The position numbers were made by a program, and so were the translations under genes. DNA of 64,000 nucleotides from Dimorphilus gyrociliatus (lineage: Eukaryota; Animalia; Annelida), in contig CAJFCJ010000006.1 in NCBI GenBank assembly GCA_904063045.1, positions 994,677 through 1,058,676 of the forward strand, read 5' to 3'. Positions 49,311-61,446 of this stretch are shown here, one piece after another (the first letter of the stretch is position 1; the number at the start of each line of letters is the position of its first letter). The notes below the pieces were generated by a model that ran no database searches, was not told where the DNA came from, and saw only the letters and a list, made by a program, of their open reading frames with translations.

Positions 49311-50002
49311 TCTGCTAAAACGCTTTTCTGATTAAAAGCTTATTTTTCTGCTTTTGTGTAAACAATGAATGACGCGCTAACGATCTCTTTCTCGCAGAGT
49401 CTCGTATTCTACTGATGTACGCCAGGAGTAATGTTCGAAGATGTAGCGTGGAACTCGAGCCAGGCGATTTTCGGAACGAATATTAGAACGACCATGATTG
49501 GTTACATTTTTATACTTCCTCCAATAAGCTCTTGCATAGCATGAAAAATAGATATTGCTGATACACCTTAAATCATATCTAGAGATTTGATTCGCTGTCA
49601 TCTAAAAAGATTACCTAATCTATTCTGTTATCTGGAGTGTAAGTTAGTTAAACATTATCGCTAAATTAGTGTTATTTCTATCCTTATACCTCCTTATAGA
49701 TTACCAAATGTAACATTTTATGCTTATATTAAACCCTAAACATTTTCTGTGCTGTCCCTAACACACACGCCCATCCCAGTGTATCATCGTAAATTTTAAA
49801 AATAAAAAAACTTAAATTTATAGTTAAAAGTGTTTCTCTTTGCACTTAGTTTTAAGTGTTGATTTTTTTTTAAAAGAGTTGTTGTCACAGCAAATATTAA
49901 CAGCGCCTGATCGATTTTATTGTTAATTCGTCTATCGTATCGTCATAACATTCGTGTACTTTAAGAGACTACTCATTTTATACAGAATAAGGCAATATCA
50001 TA

Positions 50003-51313
50003 ATGCAAGAGCAACAAAATCCATCCTATACCACTGAAGGACAGCAACAGTCTCAGCCTCCGCCATACGGTACGTTTTTAATAAATTTTCTGTTCTTTTA
50101 TTCGGAATGCTTTTAGAGTATTTGAATAATTAAATAGAATTGAAAGCGCTCTCTAAACGGTCGTCATTGCTTGTTAAAATGACGGAGAGAACGCTTGATA
50201 TTGAGGATAATATTGAATTGCCTCATAATTCTAACAATTCAACAGGCATCCAACAGCAACCCCAGCAATACGGCCAACCTCAGCAGTACGGTCAACCACA
50301 GGGCCAGCCACCAAATCAACCTCAGTATGGGGTAGGTCAACCCCAGTATGGTCAGCCTCAATACGGACAACCTCAATACGGACAACCAGGACCTCAGGGA
50401 TACGCAGGGGGTCCACCTCCTCAACAAATGCAGCCCTACGCTGGAGGGCCAGGACAACCTCAACAAGCAACTTGGATGACTAAGCCAGTGTTTAGTGGCT
50501 GTCCACCAGGCTTGGAATATCTAACTCAAATAGATCAGATCCTAGTCCATCAGCAAATTGAGTTATTGGAAGTTGTCACCAGTTTCGAAACCCAGAATAG
50601 ATATGTTATCAAGAATTCCATGGGCCAACAAGTGTACTTTGCTTCTGAAGAGTCTGATGTTTGCATGAGACAATGTTGTGGTCCGCAAAGAGGCTTTGCA
50701 ATGCATATTTCTGATAATGCTGGACAAGAAGTTATCCGCGTACAAAGGCCTTTTAAATGCTGTGCAGGAACAGCTTGTTGCGCTTGTTGCGATCCCTGTG
50801 CACAGGAATGCGAAATTCAAGCACCGCCTGGCCAAACAATCGGCTATGTGAAACAGTCGTGGAGTTGTTTGGCGCCAAAATTTGAAGTTTTGAACGAAAA
50901 TCAGGAAACGATATTTACCCTTAGTGGGCCGATATGCTTTTGTCAAGGTAACGTTAAATTGATTCTTATTTTTAAAGTGTATTTAAATACTGTGTTTTCT
51001 TAACCTATTCATGTAGGACCTTGTTGTATGTGGGATATCGAATTTATTTTGGCCTCACCTGATGGAGCAGAACAAGGTAAAATTTCAAAACAATGGAGTG
51101 GATTAGTAAAAGAATACTTTACAAACGCGGATAACTTTGGCATTAATTGTAAGTGCTACAATTTTAAAGTAAACAATGTCTATATATGATTTTTTATTTT
51201 TGAAAACAATAGTTCCAATGGATTTAGATGTTAAAATGAAAGCAGTTCTCTTAGGATCCGTTTTCCTAATTGACTTTATGTTCTTCGAACAACAACAACA
51301 AAACAAGCAGTAA
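50003..51313 (+). CDS. PLSCR: phospholipid scramblase family protein with P/Q/G/Y-rich N-terminus
   Basis: Exons 50003-50069, 50246-50947, 51017-51148 and 51213-51313. [31 protein letters not shown]-like NADNFGI and [15 protein letters not shown]. Confidence 0.94.
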
Positions 51314-51805
51314 CTTTGGTGACTTGAAAATTTATTTTGGATATTTATCATTTATGTTTTTCCTTCTTTTTTCCATTCTTTTTTTTAACTTTTAACTAAT
51401 ACTTATCAATCTCTTTTATGCAAACTTTACAAATGTTTTGATGAGATCTGTATTTTTTTTTTCTTATATCTTTTTTAAATATGTATTATCAGCCTTACAG
51501 ATTAAGAAGGGGCTTTACTGCATGTATTCTATATGACGAAGAGGGATTATTAATAAGAAGTGAATTTCTCACATTTTTTTTTTCTGTGCTGAAATCTCAC
51601 TAAAAGAAAAACTTTCAACGCGCCATTTCATATATATATATATATATATCGATTTCTTCTAAGTTAAAATAAAAAATTGAGTAAAAACAATACAATTTAA
51701 ATAATATCAAAAACTTATTATCTAATTGTACATTATATACAATTTTCTATTATACTATTTATTTTAAGTTTAATAAAATAAAAATATTTGGATAATTCAA
51801 TTTTT

Positions 51806-54800
51806 TCAAGTTTTATTCTCTCTTATTATTTTTTTACAGATGACCTTCTTTCGTAATTTTGTTTGAGTTTCCATATTATTTATTTTATTATGTTGATTAT
51901 CCCTACTTAAATTACTCTTTGTCCAACGATCACGAGCTGATGACTCAGTGGCTGTCTTACCATTCATATTTTCCTTTAATGTATCTATTCTATTGATATC
52001 ACTATTCAATTTTGGCAGCGAAGTGTTTGCTAAATGTTTCAAAGGATTAAAATTGGATCTATTCTCTGAAATTGAACCCAAGTGACTGGTTACTGCGTCA
52101 AGAATAGATGACTTCTTATCATTTTGTATCGTATCTTTATCTTGGTGAAATGAGTGAGGACTATTGATCAAAGTAATTTTTGTCGTCGGGGCCTTTCTCG
52201 CAACAGATCTTAAATCTGACTCTTCTTTGATCCCTCTAAGACTATCGCATAATTTTTGGCACATTTCCACAGCGTCCTGATCAATATCGGTCTTGGCAGA
52301 ATTAAAAGACATAGTCGCTAGCTCAGTGTCATATCTATCATGATTGTTATGATAATCCAGTGTTGAATTGAATGGTGGATTCATATCACCAATAGCCGTC
52401 GACGTTGAAAATCTTCGTGATACAAATTGATTTTGGCCTTTTAGCATAAAATTTCTCCTAAACTTTTTGGGTTGCCTTTCGATCATTTGATTTCCAATAT
52501 TGTTTGGCTCGTGTCTGTAAACTGGGATTCTATTTGCTTTAGAAAAGGTGGATTGTTCGTGTTGCTTAGTTGCAAGGTTTACATAATTTTTTAACGCTAA
52601 TTCTGGCGAAGAAGCTATTGTTTTAAATTGACCGGGACAAGGAGAGAAATCTTGAATTGTATTCCCCGTTTTAATCTTATTAAATCGATTATTCCTATTA
52701 TTATCGTATTCCCATATATGGGTAGGCTTGGGTAAATTATTAAATGAACCATCTTGGTCATTGTTAGGCATTTGCTTGACTTGTTTTAATAATTCATTAT
52801 CTTTGTATTCAAATTGATTTCCCTGAGAGTTGGGTTGCTCATAGTACCGTAAATATTTGCAATATTCTTCTCCTACGACATTCGTATTAAAAGGATGGAT
52901 TAACAACATAATTAAAGGGGAAACGGAATAAAAGAGTAGACAGACCTTCTTGAAAAGCTTCCTCAATAATTTTTGCCCTATATCTGTAAAATGTTCTGAC
53001 AATAATCCATAAAATAAATAGAGAAAAAACAAAAAGACAGATGAATAATAACGAAAAACCCCAACCCCATACTTCTGTAAATGTTAAAGAAAGATCATTT
53101 TAATGCTATTATAATAGGCTAATTGATTGTTTGTCATTTTTTTTTGCTATTAATAATAATTATTATCCTATCCTTAACCTCTTTCGCAAAACGTTCCCTT
53201 AAAATATTTAGTACATTTACAAACGTTTTTATCGTTTTCAATGACGCAAACACCTTCATTGCGACAAATGTTAGGCGCTAAATGGCAAATTGTTGAACGT
53301 GTATTTATAGAGACAGTTTGTATAGCTGAAAAGAAGAAAAAAGAAATAGGTCTATTGAATATGCATGAGGTGATTTAATAAGTTTGAAAAGAAATAGAAA
53401 GTGGGCCGTAACTTACAAGAATCCGCTGTATCGATGATGCCATTACGCCTAATAATAATACAATGGTATAGGCCTTCATCAGATTTTGCAACTTTGAATA
53501 CAGTTAAATTCAAACCAATCAGCTTATACTTATTGCTGTTAATATCATTAAATTATTGAAATATCTCTATAATAAAACAATTAATAAATTTTAATTATTC
53601 ACTAACCGATATTCGTATGATGTAGACTTTATCAATCTTCTTGTAGGCGTAATCCAAGAGAGTTGTCGGTCATCTGACTTTCTTATTTGTTTACAAGATA
53701 ATGTTACGTTATTACCTATTCTAGTTGATATTAGCGTTTGAATATTGTCTAATGAAAGCGTTTTTTGTTGTATTATTTAGTTAGATACGTAATAGTTTTT
53801 TGTTTTATTTTACTTTGATAACAAGCCGGTTCGACGCACAATTTCGTTTGAGATTCTTCTCCTTCGCAATGGATTTTATTTGTTTCCCTATTTGAATTTC
53901 TATTTGAACATTTCCTATAACGTTTTCGTTCACCAGCTCCACATTTTACGTTACAAGACATCCATTCTAACCAATAACTCCATTCTCCAGTTAGCAAATG
54001 TCTCCTAAGATTTACTGATCTACCTATCCTCTTTGAAAAAACAATTTTTGGTATTTCAATTTCAGTTGGTAACGAAGGATCATCTCCAATATTAGGAATG
54101 CTATTAAACTCCAAATTTGCTCTTTGGATATCAATCTTGTTATGTTTAAATAAGACAAAAAGAGAAGCAACAAAACCGCCACCTCCTCCAATCGATAATC
54201 TATATTTTCCATAAAATATAATATTACCAATTTTCTTTTTGCATTTACGTTGCAGATATCTGAGATTTTGAGTTTCTCGACTGCAATTTGGGCCAAAATT
54301 AAAGTTCAAACTGCTTCCATAGAAAATTCGAATTTCTGACGCTGTATTATTACCAGTCACGATTATTCGACAACCGGAACGATTGGCGAATTTTGATGTA
54401 TAAACCTCTTTTAAATAGCCCCAGGGTGTTACCAACACAACCGTGATTGACTTATTTGCCCATAAAATAGTTATAGTATGATGATAATTAGAATCAATGG
54501 AGTGACTAGTTGCTAATGAATCGTTACTATTTAAAGGAAAAAGTAAGATTGGTTTTAAGTATGATCCTATCTTATCTCTTTTCTCTTTAGTATCCATTTT
54601 TATCATTTTACTTTTAAGAGAATTAATCAGTAGTTTGATAGGCTTAAATCTCTTTTTATCTGCCAATTGCAACAGTCTCCATTCGGAATCTATAGATTTT
54701 ATGATAGAAGATAGATTCTTTTGATCAAAGTTTTGTCCCTTTAGCCTGTTGCTGGCATTTAATTTTGAAATGACATTTAAGAGAGTCTCTTCAATTCTTC

Positions 54801-56356
54801 CAATATCATAGGATTCTCTAGTAGTTCGTTCATTCTTATAATATGATGGGAAAAGCGAACGAATCCAAGTGAAAAAGGATTTTGTCCATCTTGCTAAGTA
54901 AGACATTTTTAACGGTGTCTTCTCTATGGCGGATGATGAATTGCAAATCCGATTTCTAGTTTGTTTACAATCACTCAAGTTCCCATTCATCACAATATTT
55001 GGACGAAATGATGATAGTTTAACAGTTCTGTTAATTTTCGCTTCAATCGTTCTTTCTACAACCTTAACATCTTTAACATTTCTAACCGATAATGTTCGAT
55101 TAGCCTTATCTTTTGGTTTTTCTAAAAGGTGCGAGATTTTATCATTTTTCTCTAATCTACTGATGATCTTTCTTCTCTTCTCCATCCAATCTAATGCAAT
55201 TCTATCTGTTCGTCGACTCTTTGTCTCTAATTGGGAAATTTTCAGGGGAAAATTACTGATTCTACTCAGCTGGGAAAGCAAATTTTCCAATTGACTTTTA
55301 ATTGTTTCCAAAGAAACATAGTTAATTAAAAATCTTTTTGTTTCTAATCCATAAAAATATTTATCGACCGGAAGTAATTTAAATATTTTATAAAATTCAT
55401 TATGTAATTCCAGAAGGTCGTCTAAAATTGTTGTTTTCGCATAGAAAACATAAAATACTCTTAATGTATCCTCGAATTTGAACAATAACGTAGAAATATC
55501 CTTTATCTCTTTAACAGGTTTCCATAACTGCTTTTCAGAAATCAAAAATCTATTTATATCCTTATTCTCTCTAAACTTAGTGCAAATTTCTATTAATAAC
55601 TCGGTGAAGTTAAGCATTTGGTCGGATAGATTCGTTTTAGATTGTTCAGTCGTTAAAAAGCTTAGATAGTCATGACAGACTGAACCTATTAGATCTAGTT
55701 TTAAACGTATTTTGTGGAGAAGATTGAGACTCGATGAGTTAAAGTATTGACGTTTAAAAAGCTTTAGTTCTTTGTTTATAGATGAATTCTTTATATGCGA
55801 CATATTTGATAGGTTGTCTGCATAATCATTCAACCATTCTGAAGCGTTTGCTTCGTTTACCGGATAACTGAGGCGTGCGAACGATGTGCTTGAGTTTGCA
55901 TGATCCTGCTTATAAATAGGGCAAATATAAGTTTGGGTCAGTTAGTTTGCACTCTTTTCAAGATAATAATACTAAAAATAATAACATTTTTGCGGTGCAG
56001 ATGTTCTACTGTAGCTTGAACATCTGTCTTGCACGGAGTAACGTAGCAATCAATGTGAACTTCTATAAAAATTAAAGTCTTATTGGTATCTGTATTTATT
56101 TTAATGCTATATCTTACGGCGTAAGATTTCAGAATATCTTCTTTGCCTAATGTTATTGTTCAGTCCTCTTTGAAGTTTTGAAGTACTCTCCGCCGGACGT
56201 AATAGAACGGTCCATTTTCCTGAATTAGCAATAACCTAATGATTCACAAATTGAGTTGCAATTTATTGGAAACTTGCCGTCTTTAATTTTCTGCTTTAAA
56301 CCAGTTGTTTGTTGAACAAACACATATAAACTTAGAAAAAAGACATGGATTTGCAT
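51806..56356 (-). CDS. type I membrane protein, ~1309 aa: signal peptide, long helical region, LamG-like, TSP1, Ig, EGF, TM, low-complexity tail
   Basis: Phase-consistent exons: 56356-56302, 56219-56118, 56062-55986, 55908-53789, 53720-53607, 53535-53417, 53325-53179, 53074-52946, 52872-51806. TSP1 WSYWLEWMSCNVKCGAG; Ig GNNVTLSC...DEGLYHC; EGF CHLAPNICRNEGVC...CKCTKYFKGTFC; TM FSLLFICLFVFSLFILWIIV. Confidence 0.8.
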
Positions 56357-56661
56357 TTTAAATGACAATAAATTTTTTCGAATTTTTAAACCAGAAATTT
56401 ATTATTTGGTAAATTCTCGGAAAAAAAGATATTCAACAATTTTTGTATTCGATATCAAAACAATTCTCAAAAATACGATAACAAGATATATCGTAAGGGC
56501 AAACAAATTTGTCCGTCAAACTGACCATGTATCACAGACACTGGGAAAATTGTTTGTCTCAACAAAGTCTCAAAGGAGTAAAACGTTAAATAAATCGTCA
56601 ATTTGAACACAAATGTTGTGTAGAAGCGATGGAGAAAGCAGGGATCAGCAGAGAATTATGT

Positions 56662-59600
56662 TTACCGATGAAGAGATTCAATTTCTCCAACATTCCTTCT
56701 ATCAGGGTCACCCGTGCATATAAACCCTAAAAGATTCTTATCCACTTTTTGCATTCTCTTTCTTCCTCTTTTAACCTTCTTACTAGCTTCATCAGAACTT
56801 TGCTATAAGACAACAATGAACAATAAAAAAAAAAGTTATAAAAAAGTTAAGCTATTACTTGAGACACATTTAATTGACTGGCAGCACTAGTATGATAAGA
56901 ATCACCTAAGCCTGCTGATGATCTGCGTGCCACGTATTCTCTACAGAAACGCTCAACAGCATCAGTGGGGCCAAAATGACTTGTGCATATTTCGCGGACA
57001 TCTTCTAAAGTCTGCAATTCCTTTAACAGTGATATAAAGGTGCGAGCTACGAACAAAAAGCATTCGTTAAATTCGTCGGTTAGTTTGTGAAAGGGGACAC
57101 TGGTATTCTAATTTCTAATTAAGATGGTCGAAGGTTGTCCGAGCAACGTCTTTAAATACCAGTGCCCCAGATCTATCCTTTGCAGCAAGCCGATACTTAC
57201 TGTCTACCGAGGAATCGATGCTCGTTAAAGCCTGCTCGCACCACCCGTTAAAATCTACATTCTCTTTCATTACTGGCTCAAAAATTCTGTCAATATTAGC
57301 CATTTTATCCATTCTTGACATTTGTTGCATCGGTTCAAAAACAGGAGTGTTTGGAGCTTTGGCCCAGGCACCTGTCCTGGCCCATTGAGTTGATGTACCC
57401 CACACGGCATTCTGCGGAACTGATACTGGAGGTACTTGACTTGGTAATGTTTTTGAGGCTAGCTCATTCTCTTGCTCTTGTTGTATTTGAAGAAATTTCT
57501 GAGGTTGTGCATTAGAAGGAGCACTCCATGTTTTTGCGCTTTGATTTGCAGAAGCCTCTAATTGGCGATAATTCTCGGCAATTTGCTGAGCCTCCATTTG
57601 TTGAGCTTCCAATTGTTGTATTTGAGATAAAGGCATTGGACCATTTGACGTTGTTGGTTGGGTAACTCCCCATGTTGCATTTGCTGGCAAGTGATGTCTT
57701 CGTCTAGCTTCGGCTTGTTGTCTTTCTTGTCTTTTTCTTATTTCTTCGTTTCTTTGGATTTCTAATTCAATTTCTCTTTGTCTTTTCTGTTCTTCTAATT
57801 GTTGTCGTCGTCTTAATTCTTCTGTTTCAATCATTCGCTGTTTTAAATCTTGCTCTTCACGTAGTTTTTCTATTCGTCTTCTCTCACCTTCTTCTCTCTA
57901 TCAAAGTTATAAAAAAAATTGTTTACTACTTAGGAGCTACTTTTTATTAAGTGAATATATACCCTTAGATCTTCCAATAAACGAGACGCTTCTTTACGTT
58001 TTCTCATTTCTTCTTCCTCTCTCTAGTAGAAGATATAATTTATTGATTGCTTAACAGGCTAAAAAATGAGTATTACCCGATAATGCTCCATTAAGACATC
58101 TTTTTGTTGCTTCATCATCTCTTCTGCTTCCCTAATCTCTCTAATCGTGGCCTCTTGCCGCTTTCTTTCAACTTCTTGTTCCTAAAAATAATAAGTTTCA
58201 ATTTGGAGCCTAAGCAAAAAAGAGGAAAAAATTGTCCTTACCATGCGCTGTCTTTGGTATTCTTTTTGGAAAAGAGCTTGTATGGGATCTCTAGTTTCCA
58301 TTTCTGGCTCCCAAATACCTGGTTGTCGCATTGGACCATCAGCAGTCCAGGATCTCATGGTGGATGGAATGGGTCCTGAAGCATGAATAATTGAAGGATC
58401 GGAAACAGTTGAAATTTGTTGCTGAGCGGCGAGTTGCTGTTGTTTTTGAACTGTTTGAGCAGCAACGTGTTGCAAATCAACAGCAGACATAGACTTGTAA
58501 TTTTCCTGCTGAGCAAGATTGAACATTACTTGACATATTTGAGCCTTTTGATGAATTTGTTGTTGATGCAGTAAGTATAATTTATATTGCTCTGTTGGAT
58601 ACGATCCCATTTGATCGGGTGTTGGTGGAGGGCGAGCTGTGTCTTGTGGTCCGAAAGGAACGTATGTGTTCATAGCCTTCATAACTTGTCCCAAAGTGCG
58701 AAACGCACCGAGACGACCCTTACGTAACTGAAGGTCCATGGTAAAGTAACCTGCTAAATACCATTCCCACATCTCGTTGTCATTAAATGGTCCCTGAATT
58801 TTTCCTTGAGGATCACGATAAAACCACTTATCAGCATCCACATCTACTTCTTCTTTTTCATCTACATTTAAACTAGCAATCAAGTTTTCAGCTGCTCTCG
58901 CATGATCTTCCAATATGTCCTCAGTTTTTACTTGAGCAGTTTCTACCGCTGGTTGAATTTCGCTATGTTCAACCAACGGTGCTTTGGCACTTTGGTTTAC
59001 ATTATCTACAGTTCTATGTGCAGTATGTACAGTAGTAACAGGTGGTAGCTGTGAAGGTCTGACTTCAGGCTGTTTAGAGAAGTGTTTTATTGTAGATACA
59101 ACACTGTTACAGATTAATATGTATAAAATCCTACCGAGCTACTTTGAGCACCATTATTATTCTGTAATTCAAGTTTCTTAGTGTCATCAGTATTAGCATT
59201 AGAATTATCTGTGGATTTCTTTTGAGCATCTACTGAAGAATTTTTCGATTCTACATTCTCTTCTTTGGGTTTATCTACATTATTTAACTCCTAAAAAAGA
59301 TATAAAATTTTTAAAATATTAAAAATTAGTTACTGTGTAATAATTACTTTAACTGATCTGAAGGCACCACTGGCATCGAAAGTTCCTTGTCCATCAGATC
59401 CATCGGCATCATCGTTCATCCATTCTGGTGTTTCTTCCTCGTCATATCTTCCTTCGGGTCTGCTACGAGATCGCTGGTAACCATCATGCTCTGAGTTTCG
59501 TGAACGCGATTCTCTTGGTTCTCGCCAGGCTCTTGAACTGGAATTCCATCTACCACCTTTACGCCAATCGTCATTGTCATTTGTATCATCTTTTCTCCTC

Positions 59601-60447
59601 CAATCGCTTGCTTCACTTGACATGGAACGATATAAACTTTTGCTTGGAGAACCACTTCCACTGCTACCACCACCACTACCGCCACCACCCGCAGCTGGAC
59701 TTGTGCCTGTCTCTTCGTATCCTCTTCCAGGAAAGGGGCGTTCATTTCTGCTTTCAGCTGTAAATGATAAGATTCAATGTAAATGAATGTTTTATTAGGC
59801 TTTGTAATAATTGAAAAGTACCTCTCTCTCCTTCACTCTCCCAGTCTCCTCGTCTTGGTCTCGGAAAACCAGGAATATTGTCATCATCTCGATTATATGA
59901 ACTATCACCTCGGCCTCTGCCTCTCCCTCGACCCCTTTCAGCTCCTCTACCTCGGCTAGGAGGCGCTGTCGGTCGACCCATCAGTCTCAAAGCCAAATTA
60001 CTGTTTACTGATGGCGACATTAAACGCTGTTAACAAAAAAAAGAATTAGTAAGAAAATCAATGACATTTAACTGTCTGACACGTACTTGTTCCTCTTCCG
60101 TAATACTAATATAGTTGAGCGGCTCCTGAGGCTGCTCTTTAAGAATGGATGAAAACTCGCTTAAATCTTCTGGAAGTTCATTCGACGATATACTACACGC
60201 ATATAAATCGAGCATCTCTTCTTTGCCATAACGACGATCAACACGCTTGTATTGAACTGGAAATGCTGGAGGTGACGTTGACCTTACAGGAGGCCCTCCC
60301 CCAGTATTAGTTGTCGTATTTGGACAATCCGTCATCTTTCTCATCCTGTTCGTTAGAATATGAACAATTAACAAATACACGACGAAGGATTTGTGCACAT
60401 TACCATTCAGGACCAAACTTTTGCGTAGTCTTGCTATTATCGGACAT
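56662..60447 (-). CDS. GIGYF: GRB10-interacting GYF protein, multi-exon
   Basis: N-terminal QKFGPEW, RYGKEEMLDL, GYF domain WFYRDPQGKIQGPF...WYLAGYF, coiled coil, DFNGWC and C-terminal MQKVDKNLLGF...NVGEIE. Confidence 0.93.
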
Positions 60448-60758
60448 TTCTGTAACTATGATTTTCTGAAAAAATTGAAAATTATTAAAAAACTGAATAT
60501 ATATCTATAGTTGTTTTATATGACTTAAAACAAAAACTAAGGACACATACGCAAACATTTGCAACATACGCATGGACACATTAATCGGCAATCGAGGGTT
60601 TTTAAGTGCAAAAGTTCAAGGAGCAATCACGTCATTCATTAGATAAAACGAAAGAACGTTACAAAAACTAGTCTATTAAGTGTTCAACTTACATGAAATA
60701 TGTTTAATAAACGAATTTAGTTCGATTTTTTTGAGAATTCTGGAAAAATGCACACGCG

Positions 60759-60987
60759 AAAATGGCCGCAATATGTATTTGGGTCACGTGATGTAGCTGC
60801 CATACGCTGATTGGTTAAAATTGGCCAACGATCAGCAGCTATCAGTAGTCCCACAGCAAATGAAATGTTTTTCTGTAATTATTTAGAATTATCATAAAAC
60901 TCTAGTAGATCGTAATTTTCCGATCCCTTACAATGTAAATATAATGTTTTAAGTTCTTGCAATTAAGCACTGACAAGGTCACGTGAT
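60759..60987. promoter_or_regulatory. GIGYF/NLE1 bidirectional promoter motifs
   Basis: YY1-like AAAATGGCCGC at 60759; GGTCACGTGAT E-box twice (cores at 60783 and 60978); ATTGG boxes near 60810-60825. Confidence 0.6.
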
Positions 60988-61446
60988 TGAGAAATTATCT
61001 TTCAAGCATATTATTGAACTCGTATTTTCTCCTTTACAATACGCACTTTGAAAGTTCCCTTAACTTTTTATATTCTCCCTTTGGGAAAATTTTGAAAAAG
61101 TTTTATTTATACTCTTTTAACATTTCATGCTTAGGTATTTATGGACATTGCCTTCCAAATGAAATCTGAAAAGATTTCGATCGAATTTTCCACACGAGAT
61201 TTTTAAAGTACGAAAGAAATTTGTATATTTAAAAATCCAGGAGACAAAGCTGTTGATTTTACCATATATCTCAACAAAGTAATATATAAAGTAAATTATT
61301 TATTTATTTAATTAATTTTAGTTCAGTGTCAATGAAGTAAAACAATTTTGAGCGATATTAAGCCTAATTTCTAGCATTCCACAAACACATGTTGTGTCGA
61401 AATAAATTTGTTCATTTCAACAAATAGGTCAATTTAAGCAAAGGGT

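Noticed and set aside
49377-49601. 74-aa minus-strand ORF upstream of RCC2
   Set aside because: It overlaps the expected RCC2/PLSCR promoter region and has no recognisable homology.
60990-61400. Short ORFs between GIGYF and NLE1
   Set aside because: All frames are interrupted by stops, and no consistent exon chain was found.
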